Below, piece by piece: positions 24,682-32,053 of a DNA stretch of 40,524 nucleotides. The notes below the pieces were generated by a model. It was given only the letters and a program-made list of their open reading frames with translations, searched no databases and had not been told where the DNA came from. Each line of letters starts with the position of its first letter. The first letter of the stretch is position 1. The translations under genes were made by a program, and so were the position numbers. Source of the DNA: a virus; the IMG/VR virus record IMGVR_UViG_3300045988_037302. The stretch is one strand, 5' to 3'.

Positions 24682-24704
24682 GGGTTCGACTCCCGTCTAG
24701 TCCA
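24682..24704 (+). other. attP core: 3'-terminal fragment of a tRNA-like gene (T-loop + acceptor 3' strand)
   Basis: gGGTTCGACTCCCgtctagtcca contains the GGTTCGAnTCC T-arm consensus followed by 7 nt plus a discriminator. No matching 5' half is present, so this is a fragment, as expected for a tRNA-targeting integrase. Confidence 0.65.
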
Positions 24705-24716
24705 CTATTTAAGAAA

Positions 24717-24768
24717 ATCCAGTGTTTATGCGGATTCGGAAGAAAACGTTGAGAACACTGGATTTTTT
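24717..24768 (+). terminator. Hairpin + T tract downstream of the tRNA fragment (would replace the host tRNA terminator after integration)
   Basis: atccagtgtt (24717-26) pairs with aacactggat (24754-63) and is followed by ttttt. The 27-nt loop is large. Confidence 0.45.
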
Positions 24769-24832
24769 GTGGCTTTTTATATTTCCAAATGAGAAACAAG
24801 AAGTCTTATTTTGAAAGCAAAAAAACAAAGTG

Positions 24833-24852
24833 GATGACACGAAAGATGACAC
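24833..24852 (+). repeat. Arm-type repeat pair GATGACAC-gaaa-GATGACAC, right of the attP core, abutting the int stop
   Basis: Identical to 24614-24633. Confidence 0.8.
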
Positions 24853-24855
24853 GAA

Positions 24856-25863
24856 TCAAAGAAGATGGTTTTCAAAATATCCGTTTGCCTGATCGGAATA
24901 TTTTTTTGAAAAATCCGATCTGGTACCGCGGTATACCTGATTCAGAACCGTGTTGGTTTTCCAACCACCACGCTCCATGATGTATGCTTCTGGTACACCC
25001 ATTGCGTGCATGATTGTGGCTGCATAGTGACGCAGATCATGGAAACGAAAATGTGGCAATCCAAGTTTTTTTATCGTGCGTCCGAAATCATGCGTAATCA
25101 TATCCGGGTTAAGATTGCAGATTTTGCCGGAAACAGGAAGTTCTTTAATGACTTTATCTGGATATTCAACATAACGATCAGATGTACTATTTTTGGCAAC
25201 TGATTTTAGTACCCATTTATAATTTTGATTCTTTACCATTGTTTGATGAACATGCACCGTATTTCCTTGTATGTCATCTGCATATAATCCACACACTTCT
25301 GATCTTCGTAATGTTCCAATAGATGCAAGAAGAATTGCAACGTATAGATCATAGTTTGCTGTTTTGGTATAGGAAAGCAATGATTGCAGTTCTTCGTCCT
25401 TTGGAATATAGTATTGTAAGATTTCTTTTTGGGGCATAGTAACACGAAATGATGCATCCGGTATTTGCAGGCGTATGACTGCACAGAGTAGGCTGTATGC
25501 GTTTCGAACGGTCTTGGGCGAATGTTTCCCCGCAAATTCATTTATAAAGCCAACAACTGTGTTCTGGTCAATTTCTGATACATCCATATCTTTGATTGGA
25601 TCGTAATATTTTTCCATCTGCCTGTAGCCGCGCAGAGTGGACGGAGAGAGCACATTGGATTTGGATTCTATGTATCTGGCAAGGGCATCTTTGAATGTGA
25701 TTCTGTCCGGTGTGGAGCGTTCTTCGGCATAATTCAGTGCCAGCCGTTCTGCTTCACGCTTGGTTGCTGCTGTAAATGACTTGTAGTGTTTCTTCCCCTG
25801 TTCATCCTCACCAAGGAAGAGCCGTGCTCTCCAAGATCCGGATGGTAATTTCCTTGCATTCAT
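24856..25863 (-). CDS. int: Tyrosine integrase
   Basis: AGGAGG RBS. N-terminal arm-binding-type region (KLPSGSWRARLF). The C-terminal HDLRHYAAT...GGWKTNTVLNQVYRG supplies His-x-x-Arg and the Tyr. Adjacent to attP. Confidence 0.9.
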   Translation of the reverse strand: MNARKLPSGSWRARLFLGEDEQGKKHYKSFTAATKREAERLALNYAEERSTPDRITFKDALARYIESKSNVLSPSTLRGYRQMEKYYDPIKDMDVSEIDQNTVVGFINEFAGKHSPKTVRNAYSLLCAVIRLQIPDASFRVTMPQKEILQYYIPKDEELQSLLSYTKTANYDLYVAILLASIGTLRRSEVCGLYADDIQGNTVHVHQTMVKNQNYKWVLKSVAKNSTSDRYVEYPDKVIKELPVSGKICNLNPDMITHDFGRTIKKLGLPHFRFHDLRHYAATIMHAMGVPEAYIMERGGWKTNTVLNQVYRGTRSDFSKKYSDQANGYFENHLL

Positions 25864-26006
25864 GTGTCATTCCTCCTAAAAATAGGCGCAAAAATAGCGC
25901 GGTAGTTGATTTATCGCGCTCCGAATGATACAATATGCTTGTTCACGGCGTGTATCTTCGGAGCACGTTTGCCGCTCTGGTGTTTCAGCACCGGGGCGGT
26001 TTTTAT

Positions 26007-26309
26007 TTAATTTACTTTCCAAGTATTTCCACAGTTTTGGCAAATTGCAACAGTGTGGTTGATGGTTTTATCGGCATGTACGTTAATTCCGCCAAGGCTA
26101 TGGCGTTTAAAGAATAAATTCCACCACCAACCGATTAAAATGAAATATAAAGGTTTCCACCACCAACCGATAATAATCCAGTAAAGGCAACTATGGCCTT
26201 TGGAATTCTGAATGGTTACTTTGTTTGTGCCGGCTCCGATGCTTCCGGTTTGTTCCCTTTGAAATGTAATGTTGTTGCTACTACATTTGGGGCAAGTTGC
26301 TTGTGCCAT
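26007..26309 (-). CDS. Split zinc-ribbon membrane protein with duplicated W-rich TM segment
   Basis: GGAGG RBS. CPKC at the N-terminus and CQNC at the C-terminus flank IIGWWWKPLYF / ILIGWWWNLFF. The underlying DNA repeat is ccaccaccaaccgat at 26121 and 26157. Confidence 0.6.
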   Translation of the reverse strand: MAQATCPKCSSNNITFQREQTGSIGAGTNKVTIQNSKGHSCLYWIIIGWWWKPLYFILIGWWWNLFFKRHSLGGINVHADKTINHTVAICQNCGNTWKVN

Positions 26310-26322
26310 AATAAATTCCTCC

Positions 26323-27276
26323 TTATATGTGATTAATCATATTTTGCAATTTATCTCTATCCCATAGTTTTACTCCCAATGCTTTTGCTTCCTCCTGTGC
26401 CTGCTGCGTAAAATATTGATTTGTGAGTACAACAGCAATATCTTTATGATATAAACTCTTTCCGGTATGTGCCTGCTGCACAGCAGCATTTCCAATATTG
26501 GAAGAGTAGCATTTACACTGGATTGCGTAAGTTATATCGTCTTTTTCAGCGAGGATGTCAATGCCGTGATCCCCACTTCCTTGTGTTACTTCAACATTTG
26601 TAAAACCATTGTTTTCTAATACCCCAGCACAATAATGTTCAAATTCTAACCCGCTCATAGTGTCAAAATTTTTATAACCATTTTTGCTTTCGGGAGAGTA
26701 TATATCATCAAGAGTATTTTCTTCCCCTGTCAAAATTGCTCCGTCTAACATCCTTTGCAAAGTCTGGAAATCGACAAGCACAGTTCTTGGTGTTGTCCCA
26801 ACCTCTGGCCCGACAATTCCAGCAGCTTCTAACTGATTCATTATTGTCATTGCGCGATTGAAACCAATTTTTAATTGCCTTTGTAACGTTCCAATAGTTG
26901 CCTTCTTATTATTTACTACAATATCCGCAGCTTCTATGAAAAAAGGATCTGCATCCGGCATATATATCGGTGTAGCCTTGGAACGCTTGTTGAATTTTTC
27001 TATTGCTGCAGGTTTAGATGCAATAACCTTATGTAAATCATCGGAAGGCTTACTGTCAAATGGAACAAAATCTTCATAGCTTGTTAATTCTGTTAGTGCA
27101 TCGACCATTTTATCATATGTGGCATAGAATTCCTTTTCGTTCAATGTTGTATTGACTATTTCGGCAAGATGATTGCATTTTTCGAGTAATAAAGAAGCCT
27201 CTTTTACATTTTCATATTCGCTTTTAAATCGATGTTTAATTTTTTTTAAAATCATATCGCATAAATTCCTTGTCAA
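26323..27276 (-). CDS. FtsK-gamma-like winged-helix + Mrr-type (PD-(D/E)xK) restriction endonuclease domain fusion protein
   Basis: DPFFIEAADIVVNNKKATIGTLQRQLKIGFNRAMTIMNQLEAAGIVGP closely follows the FtsK gamma-domain sequence as I recall it. The C-terminal LEFEHYCAGVLENNGF...GDHGIDILAEK...YAIQCKCY matches the Mrr_cat pattern. 4-nt overlap with ImmA. Confidence 0.7.
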   Translation of the reverse strand: MTRNLCDMILKKIKHRFKSEYENVKEASLLLEKCNHLAEIVNTTLNEKEFYATYDKMVDALTELTSYEDFVPFDSKPSDDLHKVIASKPAAIEKFNKRSKATPIYMPDADPFFIEAADIVVNNKKATIGTLQRQLKIGFNRAMTIMNQLEAAGIVGPEVGTTPRTVLVDFQTLQRMLDGAILTGEENTLDDIYSPESKNGYKNFDTMSGLEFEHYCAGVLENNGFTNVEVTQGSGDHGIDILAEKDDITYAIQCKCYSSNIGNAAVQQAHTGKSLYHKDIAVVLTNQYFTQQAQEEAKALGVKLWDRDKLQNMINHI

Positions 27277-27707
27277 AAAGGTTCGCTTTTAAAGTTCATA
27301 ATTTTTTTATCATATCCAGCGATTCTTGCTATCTGATCTGCCGATATGCCTGGATTTTCTAAAATCAATTCGTCTGGTATAAGTAGCTCAGCGGCAAATG
27401 TATTTGCTTCAATTTCCATCTTGGATGTGAGCAGCAAAGTTTTGTTCCTTATAAAGTAACAATTCTCTTTCCTGTGCATAATCGAGTGTGCAAGCTCATG
27501 AGCCATTACGAGCCGCATTTCATTTTCTTCCAGATCTTCGTTCAGAAATACGCATTTATGGTTTTTTAGAAACATATAACATCCAGCGCGACTGCCAAGC
27601 TCTCCAATTTGAACCTCTACATTTAGGCTTTTGGCAAGATCATATGGATTTCTGGTATTAAATTTTCTTACATAATAGTTGACTAACTGTTTTATGTCTT
27701 TTCTCAA
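27273..27707 (-). CDS. ImmA/IrrE-family metallopeptidase
   Basis: HELAHSIMH (HExxH) in a 144-aa protein directly downstream of the XRE repressor. Confidence 0.85.
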   Translation of the reverse strand: MRKDIKQLVNYYVRKFNTRNPYDLAKSLNVEVQIGELGSRAGCYMFLKNHKCVFLNEDLEENEMRLVMAHELAHSIMHRKENCYFIRNKTLLLTSKMEIEANTFAAELLIPDELILENPGISADQIARIAGYDKKIMNFKSEPF

Positions 27708-27718
27708 TTATGTAACAC

Positions 27719-28141
27719 CTACTTTTTGTTTTTGTTAGGATTATATTTTTCTTTGTTGATCGGTTTTAATTTGCGCATCATCAATTCTATTTGCCCCAGC
27801 AGCAGCTCGGCATCATCTTTTGGTATCGGTTCTCCGTCATAGGATAGTGGACCAGCAGATTCATCTAATAATTTATTGCGCATATTTTCCATGTCTTTGG
27901 CAATATCTCTTTCATCCGATGCAGTAATGGCATAAGGATCATCTATTTGTGTTCCCCCTGTCATTAGATAGTCCATTGTTACATTGAAGTATTCGCATAT
28001 TGCCTTTGCCGTTTTTGCAGAGCATTCAGAACCTTTATTTTTCCATGTACTTATTGTAGATGAATTAATTCCAGTATCTTTGCAAAAACGATACGGTGTT
28101 ATGCCTTTTTCCTTGCATAGCTTTTCAAATATTTCATACAT
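27719..28141 (-). CDS. XRE-family (cI-like) repressor
   Basis: N-terminal HTH_3 pattern (LCKEKGITPYRFCKDTGINSSTISTWKNKG...ICEYFNVTMDYLM). Divergent from the early operon. Confidence 0.85.
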   Translation of the reverse strand: MYEIFEKLCKEKGITPYRFCKDTGINSSTISTWKNKGSECSAKTAKAICEYFNVTMDYLMTGGTQIDDPYAITASDERDIAKDMENMRNKLLDESAGPLSYDGEPIPKDDAELLLGQIELMMRKLKPINKEKYNPNKNKK

Positions 28142-28187
28142 AATTTTCCCTCTTTCTAAAATATCTCGGGAAAACGAAATAAAACTA

Positions 28188-28216
28188 TTGACAAGCTCGG
28201 TATAACGAGATATAGT
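28188..28216 (+). promoter_or_regulatory. Early rightward sigma-A promoter TTGACA-N17-TATAGT with an operator in the spacer
   Basis: ttgaca at 28188-93 and tatagt at 28211-16. The near-palindrome CTCGGTATAACGAG (28196-28209) occupies the spacer, and a related site CTCGGTAATACGAA lies at 28227-28240. Confidence 0.6.
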
Positions 28217-28361
28217 ATAGACATACCTCGGTAATACGAACTGATTCGTTGACCAGACGAGATAATTCGGTTTAGTGATTTAATTCGTTTTGACAAACTT
28301 AATATATCACTAAACCGAGGTATACACAAGTATAAAATCCATACAAAAAGGAGGGATATTT

Positions 28362-28538
28362 TTGTCGAAAATGTACACTTGTGACGAAGTTGCAGAGAGA
28401 TACAAGGTAAAAGTCATTACGGTATGGGATTGGATTCGTCAGAAGAAACTCAATGCAATCAAGCTCGGTAGAGAATACAGAATTTCCGAGGACGATTTGA
28501 CAAGGTTTGAAGATGAGCGAAAAACAATTCGTACCTAA
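28362..28538 (+). CDS. Excisionase/MerR-type HTH protein (Cro- or Xis-like), 58 aa
   Basis: AGGAGGG RBS lies 6 nt before TTG 28362 (ATG at 28371). YTCDEVAERYKVKVITVWDWIRQKKLNAIKLGREYRISEDDL fits the excisionase-family HTH_17 pattern. Below the track cutoff; hand-translated. Confidence 0.6.
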   Translation: MSKMYTCDEVAERYKVKVITVWDWIRQKKLNAIKLGREYRISEDDLTRFEDERKTIRT

Positions 28539-28596
28539 GAGCAGGATACGGCGTTGTGCGTCCAATAAAAAGGACAGCAGAAGGGAGAGTGAGAAC

Positions 28597-28827
28597 GTGG
28601 AGGCAGTAGATAAGCTTATAGAAGCATTAGCAATTCATATCAGTGAAGTCATTTCATCTGGTAAAGAACGTGAACATGAGGTCGCAGAGAAGACAAAGGC
28701 TCTTGCAGAGCTGGTGTCCGCAAGAGCCATGTACTTTCAGAAACCCTGTATAGAAAGTGTTGAAAAAGGTGTTATGAGAGCTGTTTCATCAGCCATTCAT
28801 GGTACTGGCGAAGAATTTCAAGGCTGA
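28597..28827 (+). CDS. Hypothetical protein (start uncertain; track start 28507)
   Basis: GTG 28597 is preceded by gggagag. Helical sequence with no motif. The 3' end overlaps the convergent small ORF 28772-28948. Confidence 0.4.
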   Translation: MEAVDKLIEALAIHISEVISSGKEREHEVAEKTKALAELVSARAMYFQKPCIESVEKGVMRAVSSAIHGTGEEFQG

Positions 28828-28948
28828 TTGATGTGGAAAGTGCAGACGCATTGGTGACTGGATTGCTATTTACATCTACACTTTCTGCACCACGGGCAAT
28901 GATCTCTGATTGATCTAAAGTTTGTACAAAAGCATCAAAATTTTGCAT
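28772..28948 (-). CDS. Small antisense-oriented ORF (58 aa) with its own RBS and extended -10 promoter
   Basis: Minus strand reads aaggag-N10-ATG at 28948. TGtTATAAT lies on the minus strand at 29001-29009. Hand-translated MQNFDAFVQTLDQSEIIARGAESVDVNSNPVTNASALSTSISLEILRQYHEWLMKQLS. Confidence 0.35.
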   Translation of the reverse strand: MQNFDAFVQTLDQSEIIARGAESVDVNSNPVTNASALSTSISLEILRQYHEWLMKQLS

Positions 28949-29052
28949 TTAGTGAGATCTCCTTTCGTAATACTCGGACGCGGCAACGTCCTGTAAGGAG
29001 ATTATAACACGAAGAACATAGGAGAGAAAGTAACAGAAGGGAGCGTGAGAAA

Positions 29053-29301
29053 ATGCCGAAAACGAATCTTGCGCAGAGCGCCACAAAGAAGAAAATGGCC
29101 TACGTTCGCGGAATGATGGCGGGCGGACAGGCACAACAAGGCAAAGATCCGGCAGACCTTGCACCGAAGTATGGAGTTACGGAAAAGACAATCCAGAACT
29201 GGATCAGAAAGCCGGAAAGAATGAATGTCGAGAACTTTTTCCGTCTGGCTGATGATCTTGGATTGAAGATCACAGTTGAGTTTCGGAACATCCCGGAATA
29301 G
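29053..29301 (+). CDS. Small HTH DNA-binding protein
   Basis: gaagggag RBS. LAPKYGVTEKTIQNWIRKPERMNVENFFRLADDLG looks like an XRE/HTH motif. Confidence 0.5.
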   Translation: MPKTNLAQSATKKKMAYVRGMMAGGQAQQGKDPADLAPKYGVTEKTIQNWIRKPERMNVENFFRLADDLGLKITVEFRNIPE

Positions 29302-29310
29302 GAGCAGGAC

Positions 29311-29517
29311 ATGAAAGAAAGAACATTTAAAATCGGAATTGTAGTTATGGCGCTTGGCGCAATGGCTATGGACTCGAAAGGAGTTGGCTGGATAATTGCC
29401 GCAGGAATGGTAATTTCTGGCGCGGTGATCGCACATGTGGCATACACACTCGAGAGAGTGGAAAGAGAGCGGAAGGAAACCGAGCACCGTATACAGAAGC
29501 TCCGGAAAGCAAGCTGA
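29311..29517 (+). CDS. Small membrane protein (2 TM)
   Basis: FKIGIVVMALGAMAM and VGWIIAAGMVISGAVIAHV, followed by a charged tail. Confidence 0.5.
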   Translation: MKERTFKIGIVVMALGAMAMDSKGVGWIIAAGMVISGAVIAHVAYTLERVERERKETEHRIQKLRKAS

Positions 29518-29527
29518 AAGGAGAGAT

Positions 29528-29683
29528 ATGCACATCAGTGGAACGAGACCTGTAAAACCGGACAGGCAGATCCTTATCCCAACGTACCCGCGGAAGGGAA
29601 AGAAAAATGAAGGGGATTTTAAGGAGTTGCTGGATCTGGAAATAAAAAAGATGGAACCACAGAAGCCGTCCAAAGCACAGTGA
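29528..29683 (+). CDS. Small basic hypothetical protein (51 aa)
   Basis: AAGGAGAG RBS directly upstream of ATG 29528. The track's longer version (29435) overlaps the previous gene. Confidence 0.4.
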   Translation: MHISGTRPVKPDRQILIPTYPRKGKKNEGDFKELLDLEIKKMEPQKPSKAQ

Positions 29684-29802
29684 TTCCACCAATTGGGGGT
29701 TTTGTTTCTCTATATTTAGGAAAAACAAAAGAAAAAGTAAGTATTAAAAATAATACTGTATTTTTATTTTACAAGAAATAGATTGGATGTGCAAGTAAAA
29801 TT

Positions 29803-30057
29803 ATGAATTTATCACAGATTAAAAGCCTTGTAGCCGCTTACCAGAGCTGCAAGGACACAGAAAGAGTTATAAATGATGCCGGATCATTTCTGTTTATGGA
29901 AGCATCATGCCCACTGCTGGACAAGCCACGGGAAGAAATTTTCGCCACGCTGATTGATGGACTGGGCGATAAAGACGCAGATCGCGTGTATGATCTGCTG
30001 CAACAAGGCAATGCAGAGGATATTTACCTTATCCGGATTGGAGCGTTGCATGAGTAA
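29803..30057 (+). CDS. Hypothetical protein
   Basis: ORF after an AT-rich 119-nt spacer. No motif. Confidence 0.45.
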   Translation: MNLSQIKSLVAAYQSCKDTERVINDAGSFLFMEASCPLLDKPREEIFATLIDGLGDKDADRVYDLLQQGNAEDIYLIRIGALHE

Positions 30058-30238
30058 TGTCCCGGATAATTATGATTTCTTCCAGCAACATGAAGCAGAG
30101 CAGGACGCGGAATTGGAGAAATGCCCGGTATGTTCCTGCTGTGGAGATCCGATCCAGGACGAATACCGTTATGTTATCGGAGACGAAAATTATTGCGAGG
30201 ATTGTATGATCTCTTGTTTCCGGGTGCCGAATTTTTAA
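30050..30238 (+). CDS. Small zinc-ribbon protein (62 aa)
   Basis: ATG 30050 overlaps the upstream stop. CPVCSCCG...YCEDC gives two Cys pairs. Confidence 0.45.
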   Translation: MSNVPDNYDFFQQHEAEQDAELEKCPVCSCCGDPIQDEYRYVIGDENYCEDCMISCFRVPNF

Positions 30239-30258
30239 AGATAGGAGGGATGCGCGAT

Positions 30259-30912
30259 ATGAGCACACAGAATGTATTTGAAATATTGGATGCAATAAAC
30301 GTAAATGATTATACGGAAGTAAAGGATACCGGTAAGGCAAAGCTGACCTATTTATCATGGTCGAAAGCATGGGAAGAGGTAAAAAAGCGTTTTCCAGAAG
30401 CTACATATGAAATCCGTAAGTTTGGAGAAAAAAGTCTGCCGTATGTGTATGACGAGAATACCGGTTACATGGTATTTACTACTGTAACCATAGAGGGTAT
30501 TTCCCATGAAATGTGGCTGCCGGTGATGGACGGAAAGAATAAGGCAATGAAATCACAGCCGTATGAGTACAAAACAAAATGCGGAAGTGGCCGTGTAGAT
30601 GCCGCAACGATGTTTGACGTAAATACCGCAATTATGCGTTGTTTAACAAAGAATCTTGCAATGTTTGGACTCGGACTTTACATCTACAACGGAGAAGATC
30701 TTCCGAATATGGAAAAAGATGAAAACCTTACTAAACCGGTAGATGCTGCGCATATAAGCGCGCTGAAAAAACAAATGGAAAGAACCGGCGTGAGTGAAAA
30801 GAAACTGTTGTATGCGATTGGATGCAAATCTATGGAAACGATCACTATTAAGAGTTTTGAGCGCGCAATGGAGATGTTTAAGAATACACCGGATAAGGAA
30901 GTGGGTGCTTGA
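30259..30912 (+). CDS. Rad52-superfamily single-strand annealing protein (Sak3/DUF1071-like)
   Basis: AGGAGGG RBS. LTYLSWSKAWEEVKKRFPEATYE...WLPVMDGKNKAM...MRCLTKNLAMFGLGLYIYNGEDLP matches the DUF1071 pattern as I recall it. Confidence 0.6.
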   Translation: MSTQNVFEILDAINVNDYTEVKDTGKAKLTYLSWSKAWEEVKKRFPEATYEIRKFGEKSLPYVYDENTGYMVFTTVTIEGISHEMWLPVMDGKNKAMKSQPYEYKTKCGSGRVDAATMFDVNTAIMRCLTKNLAMFGLGLYIYNGEDLPNMEKDENLTKPVDAAHISALKKQMERTGVSEKKLLYAIGCKSMETITIKSFERAMEMFKNTPDKEVGA

Positions 30913-31445
30913 TGGAAACAACCGGCAAACTTACCGGAGCCAGCAGGGCATTTGATGGGAACAGCATCATCTTAACGTTCGAGGTTGATGCTTCTGCATC
31001 CGGTCAAATTAAAGAAATGAAGAAAGATGATCTGCTTCGGATAAAGGCGGTTAAGTATCGCCAGAAACGTAGCCTTGATGCCAATGCATACGCATGGGTG
31101 CTTATGACCAAGATTGCTAACCATCCGGATATTTCTTCCAGTAAAGAAGAGGTATATGAGGATATGCTGCAGAAATACGGAACCTTTTATGAGGATGAGG
31201 GAGGATATATCACTATTACAGTCAAAAAGACGGTAGATATGACAAAGGTGTCTGGCCATTGGAAACATATTAAAGATAACGGTAATTTTGCAGCCTATCT
31301 GATGATTAAAGGTTCCAGCGAATACAACACCGCAGAAATGGCACATTTTATTGACCGGATCGTGGAAGAAGCACAGGAGCTTGGAATTGAGACAGCCACA
31401 CCGGATGAATTGGAACGCATGAAGCAGGAATGGGGTGCAGCATGA
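30909..31445 (+). CDS. NinB/Orf-like recombination mediator
   Basis: YRQKRSLDANAYAWVLMTKIA parallels lambda Orf ERNRSLDQNRKLWACLGDVS. Located next to the SSAP gene. Confidence 0.5.
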   Translation: MMETTGKLTGASRAFDGNSIILTFEVDASASGQIKEMKKDDLLRIKAVKYRQKRSLDANAYAWVLMTKIANHPDISSSKEEVYEDMLQKYGTFYEDEGGYITITVKKTVDMTKVSGHWKHIKDNGNFAAYLMIKGSSEYNTAEMAHFIDRIVEEAQELGIETATPDELERMKQEWGAA

Positions 31446-31729
31446 AAAGGCTCTGGAGCGTATTTACAGATGATATGGGCCACTGCTATTTTACTGGAAC
31501 AGCTCCGGTGGAGAGACACCATATCTGGGGCGGTTCCAACCGGAAGAATAGCGAGAAGTATGGTTTTGTGATCCCACTCCGGCCGGATCTGCATCCGAAT
31601 GGAGCACAGGCAGGGAAGAACGCTGCGGAAATAGACTTGAAACTTAAGCAAATGGCGCAGAAATATTTCGAAGAACACTGCGGAACCAGAGAGGACTTCC
31701 GGAGAATCTTCGGGAAATCGGTATTGTGA
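31442..31729 (+). CDS. Small His/Cys protein, possibly HNH-like
   Basis: ATGA overlap. CYFTGTAPVERHHIWGGSNRKNSEKYGFVIPLRPDLH. Assignment is tentative. Confidence 0.3.
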   Translation: MKRLWSVFTDDMGHCYFTGTAPVERHHIWGGSNRKNSEKYGFVIPLRPDLHPNGAQAGKNAAEIDLKLKQMAQKYFEEHCGTREDFRRIFGKSVL

Positions 31730-31738
31730 GGTGATTGA

Positions 31739-32053
31739 GTGATACAAATTAAAAATATTCCCTACGGGCATGAGAACGCTGTACAGCGTCCATCCAACCC
31801 GATAGAGGATCGGAGATTGAGAAGCAAAATCGAAAAGGCAAATCGGGATGCTGATTGCATTATAAATGTTGGGAATGGTTATTATCGCCCGATTCCCGGA
31901 GACCTGACAGATGAATCGGAGCTTAACGAATATCTTGCCAAGGAGTTATCCAGAGCGAGAAAAATATTATCTAAACGGCTGGCAATGCGCCATACGTTCG
32001 AAAGGTGGCGAGAAATTGGAATACTTACTGGTAATACCCGGGAGACTGGATAA
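31739..32053 (+). CDS. Hypothetical protein
   Basis: GTG start after gaggtg. No motif. Confidence 0.4.
   Translation: MIQIKNIPYGHENAVQRPSNPIEDRRLRSKIEKANRDADCIINVGNGYYRPIPGDLTDESELNEYLAKELSRARKILSKRLAMRHTFERWREIGILTGNTRETG

Noticed and set aside
24682-24704. Calling a tRNA gene at the T-loop-like sequence.
   Set aside because: Only the T arm and 3' acceptor strand are present. The upstream bases do not pair (GAGGG against CCCGT) and there is no D arm or anticodon arm. It is an attP fragment, not a functional tRNA.
24789-24980. The + strand ORF (63 aa) spanning the arm-type repeats and the int 3' end.
   Set aside because: It has no RBS, overlaps the integrase gene antisense, and is composed largely of the repeat sequence. 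Likely spurious.
25918-25964. An 8-bp inverted repeat GCTCCGAA...TTCGGAGC upstream of int as a regulatory operator.
   Set aside because: The repeat is real, but it is short and has a 31-nt spacer. The motif does not recur elsewhere and no promoter can be placed confidently. Noted only.
29684-29802. AT-rich 119-bp spacer with short A/T palindromes as a replication origin.
   Set aside because: It contains only weak AT-only hairpins, with no iterons or DnaA-box-like repeats that I could find. The evidence is insufficient.
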